The notes beneath the pieces are model-generated. The model was not told where the DNA came from. It saw only the letters and a program-made list of their open reading frames with translations, and did not search any database. Both the position numbers and the translations under genes were made by a program. A DNA stretch of 64,000 bases, from assembly GCA_017744355.1 (NCBI GenBank), contig JAGIBK010000003.1, forward strand, positions 54,547 to 118,546. The letters are read 5' to 3'. How positions within the stretch are numbered: position 1 is the stretch's first letter; each line of letters opens with the position of its first letter. Shown here in pieces: positions 1-9,065 of this stretch. The stretch comes from a bacterium. Lineage in GTDB: Bacteria > Cyanobacteriota > Sericytochromatia > S15B-MN24 > UBA4093.

Positions 1-635
1 TGGCTCGAGCCGGGGCGCATGTACTCGTTGACCATGCTCTCGAGGAAGGCCCCATCGCCGGTGAAGTCTCGCCCCATGGCCTCCTTGGCGATCGCAAGCA
101 CGCTCTGCTCGGCCGAAGCGTGCAGGGCCGCCACGTCCCCTATGAATTGCGACTTGCTCACCTCGCCGTACATGGCCGGATCGTAGAAGCGATGGCGCGT
201 GTTCAGCTCATCTCCCGAGAGCTTCCCATCGTGGTTCATGTCCGCCTCGTCGAACAGGGCCGCGAACTTCTTCGCGCGCTCCGGATCGATGGAGGTTGCA
301 GCCTGAGGCGTCGCGGAGACGGCGCCGAAATCGGAGCCCGGCGCGGCCGCTTGAGGCTTGGCGTTGTCGAGGACCGCAAGCCCGCCCGTGACCTGGCTCT
401 GGTCCTGGGCCATCTCGGGCTTGCCGAAGTCCGCGAGGTTCTCCTTGGTCACCAGGTCCTGCCCGAGCTGCATGAGGCCCTGGGCCATCTCGCCCAGGCC
501 CTCGATGACCTCGCCGGCGGCGTCTATCTGTGCCTTGACGGGGTTCTTGCCCTGGAGCAAGTCCATGGCCATGTGGCCCCCCATCGCCATCGGATCGAAG
601 CGGGCCGCGCTCTTGAGAAAGCCGCCGATATCCAT
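1..635 (-). CDS. EF-hand calcium-binding protein, partial (3' end lies outside the window)
   Basis: Minus-strand frame absent from the ORF track because it runs off the window start. ATG at 635-633 preceded by GGAGGAGGA. GC-biased third positions. Canonical 12-residue EF-hand loop D-M-N-H-D-G-K-L-S-G-D-E in the translation (…FDEADMNHDGKLSGDEL…). The listed ORFs 120..650(+) and 208..717(-) are Arg-rich shadows of it. Confidence 0.7.
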   Translation of the reverse strand, partial: MDIGGFLKSAARFDPMAMGGHMAMDLLQGKNPVKAQIDAAGEVIEGLGEMAQGLMQLGQDLVTKENLADFGKPEMAQDQSQVTGGLAVLDNAKPQAAAPGSDFGAVSATPQAATSIDPERAKKFAALFDEADMNHDGKLSGDELNTRHRFYDPAMYGEVSKSQFIGDVAALHASAEQSVLAIAKEAMGRDFTGDGAFLESMVNEYMRPGSS

Positions 636-877
636 GCATCCTCCTCCTGACCGTCACAGGGCAACGCTTGTTGCCGATCAAATCGACGCACTGACGATAA
701 AATCGTCCTCTATCCAACAGCTATTAACCCCGAATGAAGTGAACTCTATCTTTCTTAATGAAACTAAAACAATACACAAAAAACTGAGATCGTTTCGTTA
801 TCAAAATACCTTTCACGGGAACATGGGATTCGATCGGCTTGCCACGTTTCACGCCTCTCGACCAGCGAGCAACATGC

Positions 878-3037
878 ATGCGTAAAAGCCTTCTCGCCCC
901 TCTTCTGATCGGCCTTCTCGTGAGCGCCGGCTGCACGACCGGGCAGCTCGTCGACACCACCGGGGGCAACGACTCCGGCCTCGCGGCGCGCAACACCGCC
1001 ACCGGCGAGTACACCGGGCAAGTCCTCGGACTGAACGGCAAGCCCGCCGTGAACGTCCAGGTGCAGGGCTATCTGGTCTCCAACAACAGCGCGAGCATCA
1101 TCTCGAACAACAGCGGGGGCCTCATCTCCCACAACGGCTCCAAGTATGCGATTCTCGCCGCCGAGACGCTCTCCACCACCACCGACGCCAAGGGTCGCTT
1201 CAAGCTCGTCAGCCGCAGCGGCTTGCCGATGAACGTCGAGGCCGTCCTCTCGGCGAACGTCAAGGCGATTCAGCTTGGCGTCACCGAAGAGACCAGCGCC
1301 AAGCTCCAGCTCGCCAAGACCGGGCAGATCAGCGGTCGAGTCACGACCCCCAAGGCCCCCTCGGTCACCAACTGGGAAGGGGTGGACGTCTTCATTCCCG
1401 GCACCTCGTACGTGGCCAAGACGGACGCGGCCGGTCGCTACACCCTCTCGAACGTGCCGGTCGGCACCTTCGACCTGGTGGGAACCAAGGCCGGCCTGGG
1501 CCGCGGCAACCAGCCGAGCGTCGGGGTCGCTTCCGAGCAGACGACGCAGGCGCCGGACCTGGCCCTCTCGGTCACCACCCCGGAGATCGCGAGCATCAGC
1601 CAGCCGAACGGTGGTCCCGGCAGCGTCGTCACCCTCACAGGCTCGAACTTCGGGGCCTCCACCGGCGAGAGCCTCGAAGTGACCTTCGGCGGCGCCCAGG
1701 TCGCCGCCCCCCAGCGCGTCGACGACCGGACCCTACGGGTCGAGGTGCCGCCCGCGGCCGACTCGGGGGCCGTCGTGGTCACGGTGAGTGGCATCAAGAG
1801 CAACGCCAAGAACTTCACCGTTCTATCCGAGCTCATCCTCTCGCCCCGCTTTCCGTACCTGCGCAAGGGCCGCCCCCAGCGCTACACCGTCACCGCCCTC
1901 GACCGCGACAAGCACGTCGTTTCCAACCCCTCGGTCACCTGGAGCGTGACGGGCAATACCTTCCAGCTGAACAACGGTCTGGTGACGCCCACGGGCGAGG
2001 GACAGGGAACCCTACGCGTCACCAGCGGCATGCTGCGCGCGCCCCTGGACCTCCAGGCCTTCGATGGCCCGGTCGTCAACACGCTCGCCGGCAGCTACAT
2101 GGGCTTTCGCGACGGGGTAGGCAGCGAGGCGCAGTTCTCCTACCCCAACGGGGTCGCGGTGGACGCGAGCGGCAGCGTCTACGTGGCCGATCGCAACAAC
2201 CACCGCATCCGCATGATCAGCGGCGACGGCCTGGTCAGCACCCTCGCGGGGACCGGCCTTCCCGGGCGCAAGAACACCATCGGGGCCGCTGCGGAATTCT
2301 ACTCCCCCGCCTGCGTCGCCCCGGACGGCAAGGGGAACCTCTTCCTGACCGAAGCGGGCAACCATGATGTCCGGTGCATCTCGCTCACGACCGGCATGGT
2401 CTCGACCGTGGCAGGAGACGGGGTCGCCGGCTACTACGACGCCTGGACCCCTCTAGAGACCGCCCGCTTCAACACCCCCCACGGCCTGGCCGTCGGGAGC
2501 GACGGGACCCTCTACGTCGCCGACTGGGGCAACCAGACCATTCGCTTCATCCTGCCCAACCGGGCCGTGCGCACCATGGCCAACATCATCGTCTACAACG
2601 GGACCCCCGTCCCGGGCTTCGTGGACGGTTCCTACGCGAACGCGCGCTTCAACTATCCCATCGGCGTGGCCGTGGATTCGAGCGGCAAGCTCTACGTCTC
2701 CGACCAGCACAACAACCGCATCCGGCGCATCGACACCGACCTCCAGGTGAGCACCTTCGCCGGCAACGGCGACCCCGCCCTGTTCAACGGCCCCCACGAT
2801 CTGGCGGTCGATGCCGCTGGCAACGTCCTGGTCGCCGATCACGACCACAACCAGATCAAGCAGATCGCCCCCGACGGGACGATCCGCGTGATCGCGGGCT
2901 CGGGGGAGTACGGGCTCGCCGACGGTCGCGGATCGCAGGCGAGCTTCAACGAGCCTTTCGGGGTCGCGGTGGACGCGAGCGGCAGCATCTACGTGGGCGA
3001 TCGCAACAACCACCGCATCCGCCTCATCTGGCCCTAG
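878..3037 (+). CDS. Cell-surface lipoprotein with IPT/TIG-like and Ig-like domains and C-terminal NHL beta-propeller repeats
   Basis: Track ORF 839..3037 begins at TTG; in-frame ATG at 878 gives MRKSLLAPLLIGLLVSAGC (signal peptide then Cys). At least four NHL-type repeats (NNHRIRMISGDG, NNRIRRIDTD, DHNQIKQIAPDG, NNHRIRLIWP). Confidence 0.85.
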   Translation: MRKSLLAPLLIGLLVSAGCTTGQLVDTTGGNDSGLAARNTATGEYTGQVLGLNGKPAVNVQVQGYLVSNNSASIISNNSGGLISHNGSKYAILAAETLSTTTDAKGRFKLVSRSGLPMNVEAVLSANVKAIQLGVTEETSAKLQLAKTGQISGRVTTPKAPSVTNWEGVDVFIPGTSYVAKTDAAGRYTLSNVPVGTFDLVGTKAGLGRGNQPSVGVASEQTTQAPDLALSVTTPEIASISQPNGGPGSVVTLTGSNFGASTGESLEVTFGGAQVAAPQRVDDRTLRVEVPPAADSGAVVVTVSGIKSNAKNFTVLSELILSPRFPYLRKGRPQRYTVTALDRDKHVVSNPSVTWSVTGNTFQLNNGLVTPTGEGQGTLRVTSGMLRAPLDLQAFDGPVVNTLAGSYMGFRDGVGSEAQFSYPNGVAVDASGSVYVADRNNHRIRMISGDGLVSTLAGTGLPGRKNTIGAAAEFYSPACVAPDGKGNLFLTEAGNHDVRCISLTTGMVSTVAGDGVAGYYDAWTPLETARFNTPHGLAVGSDGTLYVADWGNQTIRFILPNRAVRTMANIIVYNGTPVPGFVDGSYANARFNYPIGVAVDSSGKLYVSDQHNNRIRRIDTDLQVSTFAGNGDPALFNGPHDLAVDAAGNVLVADHDHNQIKQIAPDGTIRVIAGSGEYGLADGRGSQASFNEPFGVAVDASGSIYVGDRNNHRIRLIWP

Positions 3038-3041
3038 CCCT

Positions 3042-3083
3042 CAAACGAAACGACCGCCCGGTCTCGGGCGGTCGTTTCGTTTG
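3042..3083. terminator. Long perfect hairpin (18-bp stem, 6-nt loop) between convergent genes; putative bidirectional terminator without U-tract
   Basis: caaacgaaacgaccgccc (3042-3059) pairs exactly with gggcggtcgtttcgtttg (3066-3083). Sits between the NHL gene stop (3037) and the bcp stop (3099). Confidence 0.5.
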
Positions 3084-3098
3084 GGATGGGGGAATGCC

Positions 3099-3569
3099 TT
3101 ACGCCAGCGACTTGTAGATGCGCTCGGCGTGGCCGGTGGCCTTGACGTTGCGGTAGACGGCCTTGAGGACGCCGTCCGCGCCGATCACGAAAGTCGAGCG
3201 GATGACGCCGACGTAGACCTTGCCGTAGTTCTTCTTCTCGCCCCAGGCGCCGAATAGCTCCATCAACTTGTTCTCGGTGTCGCTCAACAGGGTGAAGGGC
3301 AGGCCGTACTTGGTCTGGAACTTGAGGTGCTTCGTGGGGGCATCAGGGCTGACGCCGACCACCACGACCTTCTCGCCGTGGGTGGCCAGGCCGTCGCGGA
3401 AGTCGCAGGCCTCGGTGGTGCAGCCGGGGGTGTCGTCCTTGGGATAGAAGTAGAGGACCAGGTCCTTGCCGGGCACCAGCAGATCGGCAAGGCGATACTC
3501 GCCCTCCTCACCTGCCGGATTGACGCCGCGCAGGGTGATGTCCGGGATGGGGGATCCGACTTCGAGCAT
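3099..3569 (-). CDS. bcp: Peroxiredoxin Bcp (thiol peroxidase, thioredoxin-dependent)
   Basis: LVLYFYPKDDTPGCTTEACDFRD peroxidatic-Cys motif. ATG at 3569 with AAAGGA RBS (track ORF extends to a TTG at 3587). Start is 21 nt downstream of the upstream gene's stop. Confidence 0.88.
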   Translation of the reverse strand: MLEVGSPIPDITLRGVNPAGEEGEYRLADLLVPGKDLVLYFYPKDDTPGCTTEACDFRDGLATHGEKVVVVGVSPDAPTKHLKFQTKYGLPFTLLSDTENKLMELFGAWGEKKNYGKVYVGVIRSTFVIGADGVLKAVYRNVKATGHAERIYKSLA

Positions 3570-3590
3570 GGGATAGGTTCCTTTCAAGAA

Positions 3591-4943
3591 TCAGGCGAGA
3601 ATGGCGCGCAGGGCCTCGCGGAACTCCTGCATCGTCGCGAAGCGCGAGGCGGGCAGGGGATGCATGGCCTTGGCGAGGGCGGTGCCAAGCGCCTCGGGCA
3701 GTTGCGGGTTCAGCTCGTGCGCGGGCGGGTTGGACGTGCGGGAGATGAAGCTCTCGGGCTTCTGGCCCGTCACCAGGTGGTAGAGGGTGGCGCCCAGGCC
3801 GTACACGTCGCTACGCGGATCGGCACCCGAGGCGTTGGTAAAGAGCTCCGGGGCCGAGTAGGCCGGGTCGCGGCCGTGGATCGCCTCGGTGAAGACGATC
3901 GAAGGGTCCCCCTCGATGTGCGCCCCCGAGAAGTTGGTAACCTTCACGATCTCGTCCGAAACGCGGATGCTCGCGGGCGTCACGTTGCGGTGCACGACGG
4001 GGGGCGTGGCGTGGTGGGCCGCGTTCAGACCGGCGGCGGCCTGCGCTGCGTAGCCCACGGCCTCGCGCCACGAGAGCGAGCCGATCCGATCGACCAGGTT
4101 GAAGCCCTCGACCCACTCGGCGATGACGTAGAGGTTGCCCTCGTCCTCGATCACGTCGAGGATGGTGACGAGGTTGGGGTGAGAGAGCTTGGCCGTCGCT
4201 CGGGCCTCGCGCACCGCCCGGTTCTTCCAGAGGGCGAGCTTGTCCGGCGGCAGGTTGACGTCGGAGATGAGCTTCTTGATGAAGACCTGGCGCTCGGTGA
4301 TGGCGTTGAAGGCCTTGAAGGAGACCGAGCGGGGCGAGCGCTTGAGGGTCTCGGCGATCCGGTAGTTCTCGAAGGGCAGGTACTCTTCCTCTTCGAGGTT
4401 GCTGCCGACCAGCACCTGGGCGATCGCCTGGACCTGGGCAGGGGTCGCCTCGTGGCGCATGCGCTCGGCGTCGGCCTGGATGACCGGCAACAGCCGCTCC
4501 AGCGTCACCAGCTCGATGTCGGTCGGGTTCTCCACGTGCATGGGGGTGTGGGGCGGCACGACGATGAGGGCCTTGGTCTTGAGCTTGCCCATCAGCCCCG
4601 AGTTCCAGCGCGAGAGGATGGTGTTGAGGGTCTTGGCCTTCATCTCGCAGCGCTGCAGGGGGTTCTCGATCTGGTGGGGCGGGTTGTTGTCCCGGTGCAC
4701 CCGCCAGGTCTTCTGGTTGACGTGGCCGTGGACCTCGCCCTGCCAGTACTTGGTCTCGATGGCGTAGACCGCGTGGGTCGAGACCAGGATGATGTCGATC
4801 TCGATGTTGCTCTGCTTGTGGTAGAAGCCGGGCAGGATAACGTTCGTCAACGCCACGAAGCCCTCGGGAAGATGGCCGAGCGTGCGCGCGACGGTCTTCT
4901 CGAATTCGTTCACGGGGTTTCCGGCCACGATGATCTGGGCCAT
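3591..4943 (-). CDS. NERD (nuclease-related) domain protein fused to a degenerate Ser/Thr-kinase-like (pseudokinase) domain
   Basis: N-terminal NERD/PD-(D/E)xK-like region (…NIEIDIILVSTHAVYAIETKYW…, D…E-x-K retained). C-terminal kinase fold with APE-like motif (YSAPE) but HRD replaced by HRN (VVHRNVTPAS), DFG replaced by NFS (KVTNFSGA) and no glycine-rich loop. RBS GGAAGGAG upstream of ATG 4943. Confidence 0.85.
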   Translation of the reverse strand: MAQIIVAGNPVNEFEKTVARTLGHLPEGFVALTNVILPGFYHKQSNIEIDIILVSTHAVYAIETKYWQGEVHGHVNQKTWRVHRDNNPPHQIENPLQRCEMKAKTLNTILSRWNSGLMGKLKTKALIVVPPHTPMHVENPTDIELVTLERLLPVIQADAERMRHEATPAQVQAIAQVLVGSNLEEEEYLPFENYRIAETLKRSPRSVSFKAFNAITERQVFIKKLISDVNLPPDKLALWKNRAVREARATAKLSHPNLVTILDVIEDEGNLYVIAEWVEGFNLVDRIGSLSWREAVGYAAQAAAGLNAAHHATPPVVHRNVTPASIRVSDEIVKVTNFSGAHIEGDPSIVFTEAIHGRDPAYSAPELFTNASGADPRSDVYGLGATLYHLVTGQKPESFISRTSNPPAHELNPQLPEALGTALAKAMHPLPASRFATMQEFREALRAILA

Positions 4944-5028
4944 GGGGCGAGGGCTCCTTCCACGTAAGGCATGAGTCTTGCTCTCTTCATCCTACCCGGA
5001 AGAGCGCTTGGCTACGCCTTTTCGTGGC

Positions 5029-6630
5029 TCACGCCAGCGATCGCGCCACCACCCGATGCCAGACCCCCTCCAGGGCGCGCTTGAAGCTGAGGGCGTCCGG
5101 ATAGCGATCGGCGGGGTTCTCTTCGAAGGCCCGGCGGATGATCGCGTCGAGCCCGGCGACCCAGCCCAGGTCCTCCGAGAGGGCCGGGGTGGCCGCGAGG
5201 GTGAGGGCGATCGCCCGGCTCTCGGCCGTCAGGGGCCTGAAGTGCTCGGTGGGGATCAGGCCGAAGGTCCGGGGCCCCAGCCAAGGCTCGGTGGGCATCT
5301 CCCCGGTGATGAGGCGATAGAGGGTGAGCCCCAGCGAGTACAGGTCGGAAGGGGCCTTGGCCTGGTTGGGGGCCGCGAACTGCTCGGGGGGCATGTAGGT
5401 GAAGGTGCCGATCGGCACGTTGGCGTCGAGCGTCAGGTTGGAGGTGCCGAGGGCCGCGTTCTTGGCGATGCCGAAGTCCAGGAGCTTGACGTGGCCCGTG
5501 TGCTGCGTGCGCATGATGTTGCTCGGTTTGATGTCCCGGTGCACGATCCCGCGGGCGTGAGCAAAGGCCAGCACGTCGCAAATGGCGATGCCGACCGAAA
5601 GCACCTGCTCCAGGGGCAGGGGCGCTGCCTCCTCGAGGTTCTCGCCCTCGATCCACTCGGTAACCAGCATGGAGGGCTCCATGTAGTCGTAGACCTTGAC
5701 CACCCCGTCGTGGTGGTTGGAGAGGGCGATGAGGCTCTGGACCTCCTTCTGGAAGCGGGAGATGATGCCGTCGAGGGTCCCGGCCCCGCTCGCCACCTGC
5801 TTGAGGGCGACCTGACGGCCCAGCCGCGTGTCCTCGGCGCAGTAGAGGATCGAGTGCAGGCTGCTGCCCACCACCCGCAGGATGCGGTAGGAGCCCACCA
5901 TCTCACCCGCCTCGCGCATGCGCACGCCCAGCGGGCCGTAGGTGACGGGTCCGGTCTGTTCGGCGCGCTCGCTCACCGGCGCCTGTGGGGGCGCCGGAGG
6001 CACGGGGCGCTTGCGGCGCGAGAAGCCAAACGCGAGCGCGCCGGCGCTGAGCGTCAAGAGCGAGCCCAGGGCCACGTACAAAGAGGTCGGCACCGCAGGG
6101 GCCACGGGGGGCGCGGGCGACGGCGTGGGCGAAGCGGTCGTCTCGGGCTTGAGGGCCCCCGACTGGATCTGGAAGATCAGGTCCTGGGCCGCGAGGCGCA
6201 CCGCCGGGTCGCGCTTGATGGCCTCGGTGCAGAGCGCGATCGCCGCCGCGGGCCGTCCGGCCAAGGCGAGCACCCGCGCGACCGGCAGGTAGTTCCAGCC
6301 GTTCTCGGGCCAGGCCTCGATGGCGTCGTTGCCGTGAGAAATGGCGGCGTCGTAACGCCCCAGCCGCCCGTACAGGCTCGCCAGGCGCAGGTGGGCCTCG
6401 CCGGCGCGCACCTTAGGGGCCGCCTTGAGGAGCGCCTCGAGCTGCGCGATCGCAGCCTCCGGCCTGCCCTGGGCGATCAGATCGTCTACCGCCTGCATGG
6501 CATACACCCAGGCGCGATCGCCCGTGACCTCCTGAGCCGCCCACGCAGGCGCCATCGCCCCGGCGGCCGTCAGGGCGACCGGGGCGATCGAGAGCGTCAT
6601 GGCGAGGATGAGGGCGGCCTTGCCTATCAA
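5029..6630 (-). CDS. Membrane Ser/Thr protein kinase with N-terminal signal peptide and extracytoplasmic TPR-like domain, one TM segment, C-terminal kinase domain
   Basis: VALK lysine, HRDIKPSN catalytic loop, DFG and PPE motifs. N-terminal signal peptide and TPR-like repeats; hydrophobic segment LYVALGSLLTLSAGALAFGF followed by RRKR before the kinase domain. Confidence 0.9.
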   Translation of the reverse strand: MIGKAALILAMTLSIAPVALTAAGAMAPAWAAQEVTGDRAWVYAMQAVDDLIAQGRPEAAIAQLEALLKAAPKVRAGEAHLRLASLYGRLGRYDAAISHGNDAIEAWPENGWNYLPVARVLALAGRPAAAIALCTEAIKRDPAVRLAAQDLIFQIQSGALKPETTASPTPSPAPPVAPAVPTSLYVALGSLLTLSAGALAFGFSRRKRPVPPAPPQAPVSERAEQTGPVTYGPLGVRMREAGEMVGSYRILRVVGSSLHSILYCAEDTRLGRQVALKQVASGAGTLDGIISRFQKEVQSLIALSNHHDGVVKVYDYMEPSMLVTEWIEGENLEEAAPLPLEQVLSVGIAICDVLAFAHARGIVHRDIKPSNIMRTQHTGHVKLLDFGIAKNAALGTSNLTLDANVPIGTFTYMPPEQFAAPNQAKAPSDLYSLGLTLYRLITGEMPTEPWLGPRTFGLIPTEHFRPLTAESRAIALTLAATPALSEDLGWVAGLDAIIRRAFEENPADRYPDALSFKRALEGVWHRVVARSLA

Positions 6631-6788
6631 TCCGGAGTCCTTCTTCGAACAGTGCCTGGGCCCCTTGCCTGAGTCATCATAACAAGCGCGCCGGCCTCTG
6701 CTCCATGTACCCCGGCAGCTGGCGAGCTATCCGGAAGACTGGACGAAAAGCGGCAATCTAAGCCAATCAGGGGCAGTTCAGGGCGCGA

Positions 6789-7541
6789 TCAGGAGCGACG
6801 CGCCAGGTAGGCGATCCGGTAGGTCGAAGCGCTCACGGCGTTCAGGGTCAGGCAGTCGTAGGCGTTCACGAGGTCGAAGCCCGCGCGCTCCAGCGCCTCG
6901 CGGACCTCGAAGAGCGAGTAGCCGCGGTGGTGGTGGGTCTCCCGGATGCGGCGGTACAGGCCGGTGTCGGCCTCCTCGACGAAGTAGTCCACCTTGAGGG
7001 CGCCGATCCGCTTGTGCGGGTCGTAGGAGGCGCGCCAGATGCGGGCGTAGGCGTCCTCGACCTTCACCTCGGTCTCGTTGCCCCAGGCGGTCGAGACCGC
7101 GTACTCGGTGATCGCGTCGAAGAGGAAGAGGCCGCCGGGAGCCAGGTGGGCGGCCACCCGCTCGAAGGCCTTTTCGAGATCCTCGGGAACCAAAAGGTAG
7201 TTGATGGAGTCATAGAAGCAGGTGGCGGCATCGAAGGTGCCACCCAGCGCAAGCTCCCTGATGTCCTGGCAACGCCAGCGCACCTCGGCGCCCCAGCGCG
7301 TGGCCTTGGCCCGCGCGAGCGCCAGCATCGCCTCGGACTGATCCACGGCGGTCACGGCAAGTCCCCGGTTGGCGAAGGCCACCGCGGCCGAGCCGGTCCC
7401 GCAGGCCAGCTCCAGCAGCGATTGAGGTTCATGACCGGACAGCTCCCAGAGCTCGCGGGCGTAGCTGACCATCCGCAAGCTGAAGCGGCTCTGGCCGGTG
7501 CGGTCGTAAACGGAGGCGTAAGCGTCGTAGAGGGCTGACAT
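6789..7541 (-). CDS. Class I SAM-dependent methyltransferase
   Basis: SAM-binding motif LELACGTGSAAVAFA; GC-biased third positions. Confidence 0.85.
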   Translation of the reverse strand: MSALYDAYASVYDRTGQSRFSLRMVSYARELWELSGHEPQSLLELACGTGSAAVAFANRGLAVTAVDQSEAMLALARAKATRWGAEVRWRCQDIRELALGGTFDAATCFYDSINYLLVPEDLEKAFERVAAHLAPGGLFLFDAITEYAVSTAWGNETEVKVEDAYARIWRASYDPHKRIGALKVDYFVEEADTGLYRRIRETHHHRGYSLFEVREALERAGFDLVNAYDCLTLNAVSASTYRIAYLARRS

Positions 7542-7901
7542 GGCAGGTCGCCTGATACAAAAAAGATCGGACGGGTACGATGAAAGACACGTCGCCCCGC
7601 CGGGAAAGCCGGTATTAAATGATTTTTAAAGATTAATAAAGAATACGCTAGAAATCGGTCGGATTTATCTATATACTGAAAAGCTGCCGAGCTCTTCGTG
7701 CGATCGACTGTGACACGCGTCACTTTTCCCGCGGAGCCCGGCGATCCGAGACCAGGGCATTATCCCCTGCGCAGGCGAATTTGGCAAACTGGCCATCCCC
7801 GCCTCGCCCGACCCGGAGCCCGATTCGGATCGCCCCGTCGCCCCGCGACACGCAGAGCGGCCACGCCAGTACGCCTGGCTTTAAATATGAGGAGGTGCTA
7901 G

Positions 7902-8933
7902 TTGCCTAAGCTCGCCGGTGAAATGCTCGTTGAGATCGCCGCTCCGGTCCCCTTCGAAGAAGAGCCCCTCACCCATTCGTCCGACCTCGCCTTCACCAAC
8001 GCCGAGGAAGAGACCGAAGATCTCGACGCCACCGAGACTCCCGAAGAAGAGAGCACTCACACCAAGAAGATCAACGTCGCCACCACGGGGGCTCACCACG
8101 AGCAATCCGACGACTCCATCCGGATGTACCTGCAAGAGATCGGCCGTCGCCGCCTGCTGACCCATCCCGAGGAGCTCGAGCTCGCCCGCCGCGTCGCAAA
8201 CGGCGACGAGAAGGCCAAGCGCATGCTGGTCGCCGCCAACCTCCGTCTGGTGGTTTCCATCGCCCGCAAGCACCTGGGTCGCGGCCTCTCCTTCCTCGAC
8301 CTGATCCAGGAAGGCAACATGGGCCTGATGCGTGCCGCCGAGAAGTACGACTATCGCAAGGGCTTCAAGTTCTCGACCTACGCCACCTGGTGGATCCGTC
8401 AGGCCATCACCCGCGCGATCGCCGACCAGGGCCGCACCATCCGCGTGCCGGTCCACATGGTCGAGACCATCTCGCGCGTCAAGAAGACCATCCGCCTGAT
8501 GAGCCAGAAGCTGGGCCGTGCTCCCAACGAGCACGAGGTCGCCACCGAGCTTGCGATCACCGTCGAGAAGCTCCGCGAGATCACCAAGGCCGACCGCGAG
8601 CCCATCAGCCTCGAAACCCCCATCGGCAAGGACGACGACAGCCGCCTGGGCGACATCATCAAGGACCAGTACACCGCAAGCCCCCCCGCGACCGTCATGA
8701 ACCGGATGCTCTCCGAGGACGTCCAGACCATGCTCGAGACGCACCTGACGGACCGCGAGCTGTACGTGGTGCGCCGCCGCTTCGGCCTCGACGGCGAGAC
8801 CCAGCGCACCCTCGAAGGCATCGGCCACGACATGGGCGTCACCCGCGAGCGGGTCCGCCAGATCGAAGCCAAGGCCCTCCAGAAGCTGCGCAGCTCGGCC
8901 TTCAAGGAGCAGCTGCGGGGCTACCTCAGCTAG
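7902..8933 (+). CDS. RNA polymerase sigma-70 family factor (RpoD-like; resembles cyanobacterial group-2 sigma factors)
   Basis: Regions 2-4 recognisable ([56 protein letters not shown]). TTG start at 7902 with AGGAGG 5 nt upstream. Acidic N-terminal segment. Confidence 0.92.
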   Translation: MPKLAGEMLVEIAAPVPFEEEPLTHSSDLAFTNAEEETEDLDATETPEEESTHTKKINVATTGAHHEQSDDSIRMYLQEIGRRRLLTHPEELELARRVANGDEKAKRMLVAANLRLVVSIARKHLGRGLSFLDLIQEGNMGLMRAAEKYDYRKGFKFSTYATWWIRQAITRAIADQGRTIRVPVHMVETISRVKKTIRLMSQKLGRAPNEHEVATELAITVEKLREITKADREPISLETPIGKDDDSRLGDIIKDQYTASPPATVMNRMLSEDVQTMLETHLTDRELYVVRRRFGLDGETQRTLEGIGHDMGVTRERVRQIEAKALQKLRSSAFKEQLRGYLS

Positions 8934-8952
8934 AAACCTCAACCCCATCTCA

Positions 8953-8983
8953 CCCGGGACCTTTCGGTCCCGGGTTTTTTGTT
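8953..8983 (+). terminator. Rho-independent terminator of the sigma factor gene
   Basis: cccgggacc/ggtcccggg stem with tttc loop, followed by tttttt (8975-8980). Confidence 0.85.
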
Positions 8984-9065
8984 GCAAGGAAGTTCAATTA
9001 TTTTAACTTGTGAAATATCTAGTGAGCGAATATTTTAGTAACTGAAAGTTCAAAGGGAGAGCCCG

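Noticed and set aside
120-717. Track ORFs 120..650 (+) and 208..717 (-)
   Set aside because: Arg/Gly/Leu-rich translations without motifs; they are shadow frames of the real minus-strand EF-hand gene (1..635), which has RBS, GC-biased third positions and a canonical motif.
3327-6672. Long plus-strand ORFs 3327..4967 (546 aa) and 4978..6672 (564 aa)
   Set aside because: Antisense to bcp, the NERD-pseudokinase gene and the kinase gene; extremely Arg/Gly/Asp/Val-rich with no domains; typical high-GC antisense open frames.
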